The notes beneath the pieces are model-generated. The model saw only the letters and a program-made list of their open reading frames with translations. It did no database searches and was not told where the DNA came from. From NCBI RefSeq assembly GCF_011045215.1, contig NZ_CP049201.1: a DNA stretch of 64,000 nt; one strand, written 5' to 3'. The DNA is from Escherichia coli (GTDB lineage: Bacteria; Pseudomonadota; Gammaproteobacteria; Enterobacterales; Enterobacteriaceae). Below, piece after piece: positions 21,442-34,207 of this stretch (within the stretch, counting starts at the first letter, position 1; each line of letters opens with the position of its first letter). Made by a program: the position numbers and the translations under genes.

Positions 21442-23886
21442 TTACGCGGCTTCAACTTTCCGCACTTTCTCCGGCAACTTTACCGGCTTCGTCGCCAGCT
21501 CTTCCGGATCAAAGTCATCAACGTTAATACTGCGCAGACGGCTTTCTTCCGCTTTCACCAGAATAGCGGCTTCATCTTTATCAATCAGCCCCTTCGCCAG
21601 CGCGTTGTGCGCCAGTTCATCCAGACGGGTAAATGGCAGATTTTTACCCAGCTCTTTACAGATCCGCTGATGAATCGGGTCGGCGGCAATCACATCCACC
21701 AGCGCCTCTTCCAGTAAACCAACCGGGTTATGCTCGCTCGGCGTCAGGTACTGACCGCGACCAATACGTGAACGAGTGGCGTTCGGCACTTGTAAAATCT
21801 TCGCCACTTTATGATCCAGCTTGTCAGACGGTGCCAGATAATGACGTCCGGTCGGGAAGATCACCACATTCAGCAGCCCGGCAACCACGCGGTTCGGGAA
21901 GTTTTGCAGTAAATCGTCCATCGCCTGTTCTGCCTGATACAGCGCATCCTGTACGCCCCAGTGCACCAGCGGCAGATCGGCTTCATTACGGCCTTCGTCG
22001 TCATAACGCTTCAGAACGGCAGAGGCGAGGTAAAGCTGGCTTAAAATATCCCCCAGACGTGCCGAGATACGCTCACGACGTTTCAGGCTGCCGCCCAGCA
22101 CCGCCATCGAGACATCAGAAAGCAGGGCGAGGTTGGCGCTCAGGCGGTTCAGGTGTTGATAGTAGCGTTTAGTGGCATCGCCGGTTGGCGTGCTGCTGGT
22201 TAAACCGCGCGTCAGGCCCAGCCAGAAGCTGCGAACTTTGTTGCTACCGACGTGACCGATATGTTTGAACAACAGTTTATCGAACGCGTTAACGTCATTG
22301 TTCTTCGCTGCTTCCATCTCTTCCAGCACGTACGGATGGCAACGAATCGCCCCCTGGCCGAAGATCATCATGCTGCGGGTCAGAATGTTAGCCCCTTCAA
22401 CGGTGATGGCAATCGGTGCGCCCTGGTAAGCACGCGCCAGGAAGTTGCTTTGCCCGAGCATAATGCCTTTGCCACCAGTGATATCCATCGCATCAATAAT
22501 CGACTGCTGCCCGCGGTGGGTACAGTGATACTTAACGATAGCCGACAGCACGGCAGGTTTTTCGCCGAGCATAATGCCGTAGGTAATCAGCGATGCCGCA
22601 GCATCCATTACATAAGCGTTCCCGGCAATACGCGCCAGCGGCTCTTCAATCCCTTCCATCTTACCAATAGAAATTTTGAACTGACGACGAATGTGCGCAT
22701 ACGCACCCGTTGCCAGCGCTACTGATTTCACGCCGCCGGTTGAGTTGGAAGGCAGGGTGATGCCGCGGCCTACCGAGAGGCACTCCACCAGCATCCGCCA
22801 GCCTTGCCCGGCCATTTTCGGCCCACCGATGATGTAATCGATCGGTACGAAGACATCTTTACCGCGCGTCGGTCCGTTCTGGAACGGTACGTTCAGCGGG
22901 AAGTGGCGACGACCAATTTCCACGCCCGGCGTGGTGGTCGGGATCAGCGCACAGGTAATACCTAAATCTTCTGTGCCACCCAGCAGCTTTTCCGGGTCGG
23001 AGAGTTTAAACGCCAGCCCAAGCACGGTCGCAATCGGTGCCAGCGTAATGTAGCGTTTGTTCCAGGTCAGTCGCATGCCCAGCACCTGCTGGCCCTGCCA
23101 TTCACCCATGCAGACAATCCCGGTATCCGGAATCGCGCCCGCATCGGAACCCGCTTCCGGGCTGGTTAGTGCAAAGCAAGGGATTTCCTGACCACGCGCC
23201 AGACGCGGCAGATAGTGATCTTTCTGCTCGTCAGTGCCGTAATGTTGCAGCAGCTCGCCCGGGCCTAATGAGTTCGGCACGCCGACGGTAATCGCCAGGA
23301 TCCCGCTCACGCCGGAGAGTTTTTGCAGCACGCGAGACTGGGCATAAGCCGAGAACTCCAGCCCGCCGTACTCTTTTTTGATAATCATCGCGAAGAAACG
23401 ATGCTCTTTAAGGTACGCCCACAACTCCGGCGGCAAATCAGCCAGCTCATGGGTGATCTGGAAATCATTCGCCATCCGGCAGGCTTCTTCTACCGGACCG
23501 TCGAGAAACGCTTGCTCTTCTGCGGTCAGGCGCGGCTGCGGATAGTTATGCAGCTTTTTCCAGTCCGGCTTGCCCTGGAACAAGTCGCCCTCCCACCAGG
23601 TGGTGCCCGCATCAATCGCTTCTTTCTCAGTGCGCGACATCGGCGGCATCACCTTACGGAAACCGCGAAATACCGGCGCGGAAATCATCGACTTACGCAT
23701 AGGCGCAAAGTTAAATGGCACGAGGATAATGGCCAGAGGCACCAGTACCCACGCCGACCACAGACCAGCAACGCCGAGGGCGGCTGTCCAGGCGAGCAAA
23801 ATCAGACTGCTGATAAATAAGCTCACGCGGTGATAGAACAACGCGCCGAGCAGGAGAACCGTAGCGAGAATACTCAAAATCATCAT
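21442..23886 (-). CDS. fadE: acyl-CoA dehydrogenase FadE
   Basis: 814 aa from MMILSIL start; N-terminal TM segments, acyl-CoA dehydrogenase body. Confidence 0.95.
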   Translation of the reverse strand: MMILSILATVLLLGALFYHRVSLFISSLILLAWTAALGVAGLWSAWVLVPLAIILVPFNFAPMRKSMISAPVFRGFRKVMPPMSRTEKEAIDAGTTWWEGDLFQGKPDWKKLHNYPQPRLTAEEQAFLDGPVEEACRMANDFQITHELADLPPELWAYLKEHRFFAMIIKKEYGGLEFSAYAQSRVLQKLSGVSGILAITVGVPNSLGPGELLQHYGTDEQKDHYLPRLARGQEIPCFALTSPEAGSDAGAIPDTGIVCMGEWQGQQVLGMRLTWNKRYITLAPIATVLGLAFKLSDPEKLLGGTEDLGITCALIPTTTPGVEIGRRHFPLNVPFQNGPTRGKDVFVPIDYIIGGPKMAGQGWRMLVECLSVGRGITLPSNSTGGVKSVALATGAYAHIRRQFKISIGKMEGIEEPLARIAGNAYVMDAAASLITYGIMLGEKPAVLSAIVKYHCTHRGQQSIIDAMDITGGKGIMLGQSNFLARAYQGAPIAITVEGANILTRSMMIFGQGAIRCHPYVLEEMEAAKNNDVNAFDKLLFKHIGHVGSNKVRSFWLGLTRGLTSSTPTGDATKRYYQHLNRLSANLALLSDVSMAVLGGSLKRRERISARLGDILSQLYLASAVLKRYDDEGRNEADLPLVHWGVQDALYQAEQAMDDLLQNFPNRVVAGLLNVVIFPTGRHYLAPSDKLDHKVAKILQVPNATRSRIGRGQYLTPSEHNPVGLLEEALVDVIAADPIHQRICKELGKNLPFTRLDELAHNALAKGLIDKDEAAILVKAEESRLRSINVDDFDPEELATKPVKLPEKVRKVEAA

Positions 23887-24125
23887 AACGAAAAGCCCCT
23901 TACTTGTAGGAGGTCTGACCACTTGTGATGATATGGTTGTAGTGGATGTAAAAACATTTAGCAATGTGTTTACAATATAATTACAACAAAGCTCACATTG
24001 TTGCTGTTTTTATCCGCACTTCAGGTCAAAAAGTCCTGGTCATAGCACCTGCCCGTACTTCTCGCTTTTGGCGGTATCCGGTACACTGCATTTTGTCTAT
24101 TACATTTATGCTGAAGGATATCCTC

Positions 24126-24704
24126 ATGTACCAGGATCTTATTCGTAACGAACTGAACGAAGCGGCGGAAACGCTGGCTAACTTTTTAAAAGATGACGCC
24201 AATATTCACGCCATTCAGCGCGCGGCGGTCCTGTTAGCAGACAGCTTTAAAGCCGGTGGCAAAGTGCTTTCCTGCGGCAACGGCGGTTCCCATTGCGACG
24301 CCATGCACTTTGCCGAAGAGTTGACCGGTCGCTACCGTGAAAACCGTCCGGGCTACCCGGCGATTGCCATTTCTGACGTTAGTCATATTTCCTGCGTCGG
24401 TAATGATTTCGGTTTCAATGATATTTTCTCCCGCTACGTTGAAGCGGTAGGCCGCGAAGGCGATGTACTGCTGGGGATCTCCACATCTGGTAACTCTGCA
24501 AACGTGATCAAAGCGATCGCAGCGGCGCGTGAGAAGGGGATGAAAGTGATCACCCTGACCGGTAAAGACGGCGGCAAAATGGCTGGCACGGCGGATATCG
24601 AAATTCGCGTTCCGCACTTTGGTTATGCCGACCGCATTCAGGAGATTCACATTAAAGTGATCCATATCCTGATCCAGTTGATTGAAAAAGAGATGGTTAA
24701 GTAA
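24126..24704 (+). CDS. gmhA: D-sedoheptulose-7-phosphate isomerase GmhA
   Basis: 192 aa, SIS domain ([16 protein letters not shown]). Confidence 0.95.
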
Positions 24705-24707
24705 GTC

Positions 24708-24865
24708 TGGCGTAGGCCGGATAAGACGTTTACGCCGCATCCGGCATTTGTGCGCTGATGCCTGATGCGACGCTGACGCGTCTTATCATGCCTACAAATC
24801 TGTACGCGAACCGTAGGCCGAATAATGCGTTCACGCCGCATCCGACCTGAAAATTCTTAAATCAA
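24708..24865. repeat. REP/BIME palindromic elements
   Basis: GCCGGATAAG...GCCGCATCCGGC and TGCCTGATGCGACGCTGACGCGTCTTATCATGCCTACA units. Confidence 0.6.
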
Positions 24866-24909
24866 TCTTCGCCGGGGGCCATGCGCTCCCGCTGTTGTGG
24901 AGGTTACCC

Positions 24910-25677
24910 ATGTGCGAATTGCTCGGGATGAGCGCCAACGTCCCTACCGATATCTGCTTTAGTTTCACCGGTCTGGTGCAGCGTGGTGGTGGAACCGGGC
25001 CACATAAAGATGGCTGGGGCATTACCTTTTACGAAGGTAAAGGCTGTCGCACATTTAAAGATCCGCAACCCAGCTTTAACTCACCTATCGCCAAACTGGT
25101 CCAGGACTACCCGATAAAATCCTGTTCGGTGGTGGCTCATATTCGCCAGGCTAATCGGGGCGAGGTGGCGCTGGAAAATACTCACCCGTTTACCCGCGAG
25201 TTATGGGGGCGTAACTGGACTTATGCCCATAACGGGCAACTGACGGGCTACAAATCACTGGAAACCGGCAACTTCCGCCCGGTAGGCGAAACCGACAGCG
25301 AAAAAGCCTTCTGCTGGCTCCTGCATAAATTAACGCAGCGTTACCCGCGCACACCGGGCAACATGGCGGCGGTATTTAAATATATCGCCTCACTGGCGGA
25401 TGAACTGCGGCTGAAGGGCGTTTTCAACATGCTGCTTTCTGACGGGCGCTATGTGATGGCATATTGCTCGACTAATTTACACTGGATCACCCGCCGCGCG
25501 CCGTTTGGCGTGGCAACGTTGCTGGATCAGGATGTGGAAATCGACTTCAGCTCGCAGACCACACCGAATGATGTGGTCACGGTGATTGCAACACAGCCGC
25601 TGACGGGCAATGAAACCTGGCAAAAGATTATGCCAGGCGAATGGCGCTTATTTTGCCTCGGGGAGCGTGTAGTTTGA
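24910..25677 (+). CDS. yafJ: class II glutamine amidotransferase YafJ
   Basis: Starts MCELLG (N-terminal catalytic Cys after Met), 255 aa. Confidence 0.9.
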   Translation: MCELLGMSANVPTDICFSFTGLVQRGGGTGPHKDGWGITFYEGKGCRTFKDPQPSFNSPIAKLVQDYPIKSCSVVAHIRQANRGEVALENTHPFTRELWGRNWTYAHNGQLTGYKSLETGNFRPVGETDSEKAFCWLLHKLTQRYPRTPGNMAAVFKYIASLADELRLKGVFNMLLSDGRYVMAYCSTNLHWITRRAPFGVATLLDQDVEIDFSSQTTPNDVVTVIATQPLTGNETWQKIMPGEWRLFCLGERVV

Positions 25678-26388
25678 TGCCAGCTGTGGTTGCACAACTT
25701 CGTGGCTTAACGGCTTGCTGACCACGTAACGACCATTGACCACAGAAACGGTCGGTGGCTTACGGGTTTGCTCAAAGTAGTCGTAACCCGGCTTCAGTTG
25801 CTCCCAGAAGTCCTTAAAGTCGGAATATTTATGGCGCTTCATATTAGCGTCGGTCATGCGGAACGGGTAAATACTCACTTGCACGCTCGGCTGACCAAAC
25901 ACCAGCGCACCAGTAACGAACTGGAAGATCTCATCAATACCCTGATTGGTCATCGCGTAGCAGCCGATGGAAACACAATCGCCGTGGATCATCAGGTATT
26001 TCCCTTCATAACCATGCGCACGGTCATAGGCATTGGGGAAACCAATATTAATCGCTTTGTAGTAACGGCTGTCTGGTTTTAACTGATTACGCTGGACGCT
26101 ATAAAACCCTTCCGGGCTTTTGAAATCGCCCTGACGCTGTTTTGGCCCTAAGCCGCCGGAATATTTACAGATTTTATAACTGTCGAGCAGCTGATATTGC
26201 TCGCCCATTTTGACGTAGAGATCGAGCGTACGTTCTTCCTTGAAGATCTGGATGTAGACAGGGGATCCCATCAACTGCTGCTTATACTCTTTGCTCACTG
26301 GCGTGGTCGAGCTACTGCTGCCCAGCAAACCGGCAAACGAAACGCACGGGATCAACAACATCGCAAGAATTAATGCGATTTTACGCAT
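25648..26388 (-). CDS. yafK: L,D-transpeptidase family protein YafK
   Basis: 246 aa, signal peptide, YkuD-like domain with catalytic region HGDCVSIGC. Confidence 0.9.
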   Translation of the reverse strand: MRKIALILAMLLIPCVSFAGLLGSSSSTTPVSKEYKQQLMGSPVYIQIFKEERTLDLYVKMGEQYQLLDSYKICKYSGGLGPKQRQGDFKSPEGFYSVQRNQLKPDSRYYKAINIGFPNAYDRAHGYEGKYLMIHGDCVSIGCYAMTNQGIDEIFQFVTGALVFGQPSVQVSIYPFRMTDANMKRHKYSDFKDFWEQLKPGYDYFEQTRKPPTVSVVNGRYVVSKPLSHEVVQPQLASNYTLPEAK

Positions 26389-26543
26389 ACTGCTTATTCC
26401 TTGATAAAACGGTTACACACGCCAGGACGGCAAAATGGATCCCAAATCGGAATAGTCTGGATTTGGAAGGCTCACATTATCACCAAAAGAGTTTTACGCA
26501 AGCCTGTCGGCGCAGGGTTTACAAATTTCATCGGAAGCGGGCT

Positions 26544-26822
26544 TTACCCAAAGAGCGCCGCGTGAGTTCCAGTTCTCTCAAATCGTAAAAGTTTATCGGT
26601 AAGTTTGTAAATCAGGATCCAGTCCGGTTCGACATGAGCATCGCGATAACCTTTCCATGAACCTTGCAGCGGGTGGTCTTTATAAACAGCTGGAAGCGGT
26701 AAAGTATTATTGATAAGAAGCGTCATAAGATATTTCAATTTATTCATATCCATATGACGCTTTTGTGCAAGTTTTACATCCTTTGAAAATTGTCCCGAGT
26801 ATTCAATATCCCTTTGAAACAT
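26544..26822 (-). CDS. yafQ: type II toxin YafQ (RelE/ParE fold mRNA interferase)
   Basis: 92 aa; directly downstream of dinJ with 2-nt spacing. Confidence 0.9.
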   Translation of the reverse strand: MFQRDIEYSGQFSKDVKLAQKRHMDMNKLKYLMTLLINNTLPLPAVYKDHPLQGSWKGYRDAHVEPDWILIYKLTDKLLRFERTGTHAALFG

Positions 26823-26824
26823 AT

Positions 26825-27085
26825 TTAAATTCCTAATTTATCAAATAAATCATCGGCGTCTTTGGCCTTATGAACATCAACGCCAGCTTCGCTGTTTTTG
26901 ATTGATTGAATAGTTAATTGATTAGGCTCGCGTAAATCAAACGGCAATGCCTTTTCACGCGCGACCTTTGTGAGGGTTATGCGAACCAGGTCAGAGATGG
27001 TCAGCCCCATCCCGGCCAGTACGTCCGCCGCCTGATTCTTCAGATCTTCATCGATTCGTGCGCGAACAAACGCGTTAGCAGCCAT
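26825..27085 (-). CDS. dinJ: antitoxin DinJ
   Basis: 86 aa RHH-type antitoxin upstream of yafQ. Confidence 0.9.
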   Translation of the reverse strand: MAANAFVRARIDEDLKNQAADVLAGMGLTISDLVRITLTKVAREKALPFDLREPNQLTIQSIKNSEAGVDVHKAKDADDLFDKLGI

Positions 27086-27294
27086 TGGGGTATCTCCTGT
27101 GCTGTATATTTATTCAGCTTGAATTGTAGCTCAAATGAGCAACAGCGGCAATTCATGAGCAATTCAATAAACTGATGTATTTACATAATTCACTGAAATA
27201 TATATGTTAATTTTATAATAATGGTTTATTAAGTTTGTTCAGAAACGATCCGGGATACACTGCAACATTAAAGCATGACCAGCCATTATTGAGT

Positions 27295-28044
27295 ATGTCC
27301 TTGCCGTCGATTCCATCCTTTGTATTGTCGGGATTACTGTTGATTTGTTTGCCGTTTTCTTCATTTGCCAGCGCCACCACATCACATATCTCTTTCAGCT
27401 ACGCCGCCCGCCAGCGGATGCAAAACCGTGCGCGTTTATTAAAACAGTACCAAACCCATCTGAAAAAACAGGCCAGCTATATTGTGGAAGGCAATGCCGA
27501 AAGCAGAAGGGCGCTACGCCAGCACAACCGGGAGCAGATAAAACAGCATCCAGAATGGTTTCCTGCACCGCTCAAGGCGAGTGACAGACGCTGGCAGGCG
27601 CTGGCGGAAAACAACCACTTTCTAAGCAGTGACCATCTGCATAACATCACCGAAGTGGCGATTCACCGCCTGGAACAGCAACTTGGCAAGCCTTACGTCT
27701 GGGGCGGCACGCGGCCCGATAAAGGCTTCGACTGTAGCGGGTTGGTTTTTTATGCCTACAACAAGATCCTTGAGGCTAAGCTCCCGCGCACAGCCAATGA
27801 GATGTATCACTACCATCGGGCAACGATTGTGGCGAACAACGACCTGCGCCGGGGAGATTTGCTGTTTTTCCATATTCACAGTCGTGAGATTGCCGACCAT
27901 ATGGGGGTGTATCTGGGCGACGGTCAGTTTATTGAGTCAACGCGCACCGGGGAAACCATTCGGGTATGTCGGTTAGCTGAACCTTTCTGGCAGGATCATT
28001 TTTTAGGCGCGCGGCGGATTTTGACGGAGGAGACGATTTTGTAG
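27295..28044 (+). CDS. yafL: NlpC/P60-family peptidase lipoprotein YafL
   Basis: Signal peptide; NlpC/P60 catalytic Cys in GFDCSGLV and His downstream; 249 aa. Confidence 0.85.
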   Translation: MSLPSIPSFVLSGLLLICLPFSSFASATTSHISFSYAARQRMQNRARLLKQYQTHLKKQASYIVEGNAESRRALRQHNREQIKQHPEWFPAPLKASDRRWQALAENNHFLSSDHLHNITEVAIHRLEQQLGKPYVWGGTRPDKGFDCSGLVFYAYNKILEAKLPRTANEMYHYHRATIVANNDLRRGDLLFFHIHSREIADHMGVYLGDGQFIESTRTGETIRVCRLAEPFWQDHFLGARRILTEETIL

Positions 28045-28120
28045 GACGGATAAGGCGTTTACGCCGCATCCGGCAATTGTGCGCGGATGCCTGATGCGAC
28101 GCTGACGCGTCTTATCAGTA
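28045..28120. repeat. REP element
   Basis: GGCGTTTACGCCGCATCCGGCA...TGCCTGATGCGACGCTGACGCGTCTTATCA. Confidence 0.6.
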
Positions 28121-28220
28121 TCTACAAATTTGTGCGTTTTTGCGAGCTGCTTTCCCGTTATTCCATCACCTCATTGTCGACCTTTCCTTTTCCTCTTACC
28201 GTTGAGAAAAAGGAGTCGCT

Positions 28221-28718
28221 ATGTCGGAATATCGTCGTTATTACATCAAGGGGGGAACATGGTTTTTCACGGTAAATTTACGGAATCGTCGAAGCCATCT
28301 TCTGACCACCCAGTTCCAGACGCTCCGTAACGCCATTATTAACGTTAGGCGAGACAGACCTTTTGAAATTAACGCCTGGGTCGTTTTGCCGGAGCATATG
28401 CATTGCATATGGACATTACCCGAAAGCGATGATGATTTTTCCTCTCGCTGGCGGGAGATTAAAAAGCAATTCACCCATGCTTGTGGATTGAAAAATATCT
28501 GGCAACCGCGTTTTTGGGAGCATGCCATTCGTAATACAAAAGACTATCGCCATCATGTTGATTATATTTATATAAATCCAGTGAAACATGGTTGGGTAAA
28601 GCAGGTGAGTGATTGGCCATTCTCAACGTTCCATCGCGATGTAGCGCGAGGGTTATATCCCATCAATTGGGCGGGAGACGTTACGGATTTGAGTGCCGGG
28701 GAGCGTATTATTTTATAA
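28221..28718 (+). CDS. rayT: REP-associated tyrosine transposase RayT (IS200/IS605-like HuH)
   Basis: 165 aa, HuH motif region (PEHMHCIW), flanked by REP clusters. Confidence 0.85.
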   Translation: MSEYRRYYIKGGTWFFTVNLRNRRSHLLTTQFQTLRNAIINVRRDRPFEINAWVVLPEHMHCIWTLPESDDDFSSRWREIKKQFTHACGLKNIWQPRFWEHAIRNTKDYRHHVDYIYINPVKHGWVKQVSDWPFSTFHRDVARGLYPINWAGDVTDLSAGERIIL

Positions 28719-28719
28719 T

Positions 28720-29135
<416 letters not shown>

Positions 29136-29137
29136 TC

Positions 29138-30850
29138 TTACATCAACGCCCCCATAATCTTCAACTCCAGCTCGTCCGGCACTTCATTATACGACAGCAC
29201 ATGCAGTCCCGGCGCAAACAATCTCGCATAGCGCGCCAGCAAAGGGCGAAGCTGCGGCGGCACCAGCAGCACCGGGTCTTTCCCCGCCGCTTTCATCTGC
29301 TCTTTTACCTGCGGCATCGTGTTCTGGAACTGGTTGAGCATATTCGGGTCGACCGGCACGCTGTCGAGCATCACTTTCCCGCCCTGTTGCGCCTGATTCA
29401 CCACGTTGGTCAGCAGATTTTCCAGCTCATTATTCAGCGTATACACCGTCAGCTCCTGCTTGCGAACAAACGGATGGGTAATGCTGCGCCGCAGCGCCAG
29501 GCGCACATCGGCTGCCAGCAGAATATGATCTTTGGTCACCGCGCTACTGGCGACCAGCACGGTGGCGATGGTGACGATATCGCGCAGGGAAACGCCTTCA
29601 GTCAGCAGCGCCCGGTACACTTTCAGCAACTGGCTGTAATTGAGCGCCGCGCTTAAATCCTCCGCCAGGCGCGGTGCCATCGACGACAAACGATTATGCA
29701 ACTGCGTAATATCATCATAGTTAAACAAATCAGGAATATAGCTACGCACAATCTTATTCACATGGGTGGCAATCACGCTGGCGCTGTCGATCACCTGATA
29801 CCCCATATTCAGCGCCTTCGCTTTCTGCGCGGGCTGGATCCAGGTCACCGGCATCCCATACGCCGGGTCGTTCCCCAGCACGCCGTCTATCTCGCCGTAG
29901 GTTTCGCTGGAGGGCAGGGCCATCAGTTTATCCGCCGGAATATCCGCTTCATCAGCCTTTATGCCGTTGATGAAAATGGCGTACTGGCTGGGCTTAAGGC
30001 GGAAGTTTTCCCGAATGCGGATCTCCGGCAGCAGCACGCCGTTGCCGTCGGATATCACCTGCCGCACGCCGCGAATCCGCTGGGTGAGCGGGTTGCCCTG
30101 TGCTTTATCGACCAGCGCCACCAGCTTGTAACCGAGGCTTAAACTGATAGGCTCAATCAGCGGTATCGTTTCCCAACTGACCTGCTGCTCGCTGGTTTCG
30201 GTGATGGTGCGGGTCAGCGTTTCGAGGCTTTTCTCTTCCGCCTCCGCCGCCTGCGGGCGTTTGCTCATCCGCCAGCCGGTAAAGCCAAGCAGGGCGCTGA
30301 ACAGCAAAAATGGCAGGTGCGGCATTCCCGGCACCACCGCCAGCACGAACATAATTCCGGTGGCGGTGTAGAGCACCGACGGGCTCGCCAGCAACTGGTG
30401 GCGCACGTCATGGGCGATATCGCCGTTGTCGCTGACGCGGGTAACGATAATCGCCGCCGCGGTGGAAAGCAGCAGGGAAGGGATCTGCGCCACCAGCCCG
30501 TCGCCGATGGTCATCAGCACATACTGCTGGAAGGCGGCATCGGCGCTCAGGTTGTATTTAAATATCCCGATACAGACGCCGCCGATCAGGTTGATGGCCA
30601 GAATCATCATCCCGGCGATGGCATCCCCGCGCACAAACTTCGATGCCCCGTCCATCGCGCCGTAGAAATCGGCCTCGCTGGCGACATCTTTACGCCGGGT
30701 TTGCGCCTGCGCCTGGTTGATCAACCCGGCGTTAAGATCGGCGTCAATCGCCATCTGCTTGCCGGGCATCGCGTCCAGGGTGAAGCGGGCAGAAACCTCG
30801 GAAATACGCTCGGCCCCTTTGGTGACGACGATAAAGTTGATTGTAAACAG
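29138..30850 (-). pseudogene. lfhA: FlhA-like flagellar export protein fragment (Flag-2 locus remnant lfhA)
   Basis: FlhA cytoplasmic and C-terminal TM region (FTLDAMPGKQMAIDADLNAGLI...), N-terminal about 110 aa missing; the 5' part of the long ORF is antisense of lafU. Confidence 0.75.
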
Positions 30851-31607
30851 CGTCAGTAAATCCGAGCGTGAAAGCATTATCGCCGCGCTGCACGGGCAGT
30901 CGATTTTCAACGGTGGCGGGCTGTCGCCGTTAAATAAAATCAGTCCGACGCATCCGCCGAAACCTGCCACCGTGGCGGTGCCGGAAGAGACGGAGAAAAA
31001 AGTGCGCGACGTCAACGAGAAAACGGCGCTGCTGAAGAAGAAATCCGCCACCGAGCTTGGCGAGCTGGCAACCAGTATCAACACCATCGCCCGTGATGCG
31101 CATATGGAAGCGAATCTGGAGATGGAGATTGTCCCGCAGGGATTACGCGTGCTGATTAAAGACGACCAGAACCGCAATATGTTTGAACGCGGCAGCGCGA
31201 AGATTATGCCGTTCTTTAAAACGCTGCTGGTGGAGTTAGCGCCAGTGTTCGACTCGCTCGATAACAAAATTATTATTACCGGGCATACCGATGCGATGGC
31301 CTACAAAAACAATATCTACAACAACTGGAACCTTTCGGGTGACCGCGCGCTTTCGGCTCGTCGGGTGCTGGAAGAGGCCGGAATGCCGGAAGATAAAGTG
31401 ATGCAGGTAAGCGCAATGGCGGATCAGATGCTGCTGGACGCCAAAAATCCGCAAAGCGCGGGCAACCGGCGCATTGAGATTATGGTGCTGACTAAAAGCG
31501 CGTCCGATACGCTGTATCAATACTTTGGTCAGCATGGAGATAAAGTGGTGCAGCCGCTGGTGCAAAAGCTGGATAAGCAGCAGGTGCTTTCACAACGAAC
31601 GCGCTAA
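30850..31607 (+). pseudogene. lafU: MotB-like protein fragment with OmpA-like C-terminal domain (Flag-2 remnant lafU/mbhA)
   Basis: OmpA/MotB peptidoglycan-binding motif (ITGHTDAMAY...NWNLSGDRALSARRVL), lacks N-terminal TM region. Confidence 0.7.
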
Positions 31608-31677
31608 ATGCTGAATCTTTACGCATTTCTCAAACCCTGAAATCACTGTATACTTTACCAGTGTTGAGAGGTGAGCA

Positions 31678-32733
31678 ATGCGTAAAATCATTCATGTGGA
31701 TATGGACTGCTTTTTCGCAGCGGTGGAGATGCGCGACAATCCCGCCCTGCGCGATATCCCTATTGCTATTGGCGGCAGCCGCGAACGTCGGGGGGTGATC
31801 AGCACCGCCAATTATCCCGCGCGTAAATTTGGCGTACGTAGCGCTATGCCGACAGGGATGGCGCTCAAATTATGCCCGCATCTCACCTTGCTTCCGGGGC
31901 GCTTTGACGCCTACAAAGAAGCCTCAAATCATATCCGTGAAATCTTCTCGCGCTACACCTCGCGCATTGAACCGTTGTCACTGGATGAAGCTTATCTCGA
32001 TGTCACCGACAGCGTCCATTGCCACGGTTCTGCGACCCTCATCGCCCAGGAAATCCGCCAGACGATTTTCAACGAGCTGCAACTGACGGCGTCTGCGGGC
32101 GTGGCACCAGTAAAGTTTCTCGCCAAAATCGCCTCCGACATGAATAAACCCAACGGCCAGTTTGTGATTACGCCGGCAGAAGTTCCGGCATTTTTACAAA
32201 CCTTACCACTGGCAAAAATCCCCGGCGTCGGCAAAGTCTCGGCGGCAAAACTGGAAGCGATGGGGCTGCGGACCTGCGGTGATGTACAAAAGTGTGATCT
32301 GGTGATGCTGCTTAAACGCTTTGGCAAATTTGGCCGCATTTTGTGGGAGCGTAGTCAGGGGATTGACGAACGCGATGTTAACAGCGAACGGTTGCGAAAA
32401 TCCGTCGGCGTGGAACGCACGATGGCGGAAGATATTCATCACTGGTCTGAATGTGAAGCGATTATCGAGCGGCTGTATCCGGAACTTGAACGCCGTCTGG
32501 CAAAGGTAAAACCTGATTTACTGATTGCTCGACAGGGGGTGAAATTAAAATTCGACGATTTTCAGCAAACCACCCAGGAGCACGTCTGGCCGCGGCTGAA
32601 TAAAGCTGATCTAATCGCCACCGCGCGTAAAACCTGGGATGAACGCCGCGGCGGGCGCGGTGTGCGTCTGGTGGGGCTGCATGTGACGTTGCTGGATCCG
32701 CAAATGGAAAGACAACTGGTGCTGGGATTATGA
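31678..32733 (+). CDS. dinB: DNA polymerase IV (Y-family)
   Basis: 351 aa, [18 protein letters not shown]-terminus. Confidence 0.95.
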
Positions 32734-33182
32734 ATAACATACAAATAAGAAACTATCAGCCTGGCGATTTTCAGCAACTATGCGCTATTTTCCTTAGAGC
32801 GGTTACGATGACCGCCAGTCAGCATTATTCACCACAACAAATTGCTGCCTGGGCGCAGATTGACGAATCTCGCTGGAAGGAGATACTCGCGAAATCACAA
32901 GTGCGGGTTGCAGTCATTAATGCACAACCGGTTGGTTTTATTTCCCGCATTGAACATTATATCGATATGTTATTTGTTGACCCTGAATACACCCGCCGTG
33001 GGGTTGCCAGCGCTTTGTTAAAACCTTTGATTAAGTCTGAATCCGAACTTACGGTGGACGCCAGCATAACCGCAAAACCCTTTTTTGAACGTTATGGTTT
33101 TCAGACAGTTAAGCAGCAGCGCGTTGAATGCCGTGGAGCTTGGTTTACTAATTTTTATATGCGATATAAACCGCAACATTAA
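32730..33182 (+). CDS. yafP: GNAT-family acetyltransferase YafP
   Basis: 150 aa; 4-nt overlap with dinB stop. Confidence 0.85.
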   Translation: MNNIQIRNYQPGDFQQLCAIFLRAVTMTASQHYSPQQIAAWAQIDESRWKEILAKSQVRVAVINAQPVGFISRIEHYIDMLFVDPEYTRRGVASALLKPLIKSESELTVDASITAKPFFERYGFQTVKQQRVECRGAWFTNFYMRYKPQH

Positions 33183-33415
33183 ATCCAGCTTGCAATGAAA
33201 ATAACGCCCGCCTGGTATGTGCGCGTTTTCTTATTCCACAAACTGCAAGGAGGTAAATCATGACAAATCCTTTATCAATGACTCTTTGCAGACCTTTCCA
33301 GGATTAATTCTTTTTTTCTTGCCCTGGATTCGTCTGCCATTTCCTGATTTTTATATTTATATACTCTAAATAATTCGAGTCGCAGTACATGCAACTTGAA
33401 GTATGACGAGTATAA

Positions 33416-33682
33416 ATGGAATGGTACATGGGCAAATATATTCGTCCCTTATCCGATGCGGTATTTACCATCGCATCTGATGACCTGTGGATCGAGAGTT
33501 TAGCGATCCAACAATTACACACCACGGCAAATTTACCCAACATGCAGCGCGTAGTGGGGATGCCAGATTTACACCCCGGACGCGGCTACCCGATTGGCGC
33601 AGCGTTCTTCTCTGTTGGTCGTTTTTACCCGACAAGACGTCGCTGTAACGGTGCTGGAAACAGAAACGGGCCGCTACTCTGA
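33416..33682 (+). pseudogene. ykfJ: RtcB-like ligase N-terminal fragment (ykfJ-like)
   Basis: 88-aa ORF ending in frame-shifted tail; sits upstream of prfH as in K-12. Confidence 0.5.
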
Positions 33683-34151
33683 CACGCTGCGTTCGGCGCT
33701 GGTTTCTCTGGATGGCGATAACGCATGGGCATTAAGCGAAAGCTGGTGTGGCACTATTCAGTGGATTTGTCCGAGTCCGTATCGGCCTCATCATGGGCGC
33801 AAAAACTGGTTTCTGGGCATTGGGCGTTTTACCGCTGATGAGCAGGAGCAATCCGATGCGATCCGGTATGAGACGCTGCGTTCGTCGGGGCCGGGTGGTC
33901 AACATGTCAATAAAACCGACTCGGCGGTACGCGCCACGCATTTGGCATCCGGTATTAGCGTGAAGGTTCAGTCAGAGCGTAGTCAGCATGCTAACAAGCG
34001 GCTGGCACGATTGCTGATTGCCTGGAAGCTGGAGCAACAGCAACAGGAAAATAGCGCAGTGCTGAAATCGCAGCGGCGAATGTTCCATCACCAGATTGAA
34101 CGTGGCAACCCGCGACGAACGTTCACAGGGATGGCTTTTATCGAAGGATAA
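33594..34151 (+). pseudogene. prfH: peptide chain release factor homolog PrfH, N-terminally truncated
   Basis: GGQ motif ([17 protein letters not shown]); N-terminal region out of frame. Confidence 0.7.
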
Positions 34152-34207
34152 TGAAGGATGAAACTGCCGGAAGGCGATTAAACGCCATCCGGCAGCAAAT
34201 CAAATAA

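Noticed and set aside
21633-23833. Several plus-strand ORFs (179, 157, 165 and 87 aa) inside fadE
   Set aside because: Antisense to the conserved fadE reading frame; Arg/Pro-rich translations typical of GC-rich shadow frames.
30717-30860. N-terminal extension of the lafU ORF
   Set aside because: MotB-like homology starts only near 30850; the extension crosses the deletion junction and is antisense of lfhA sequence.
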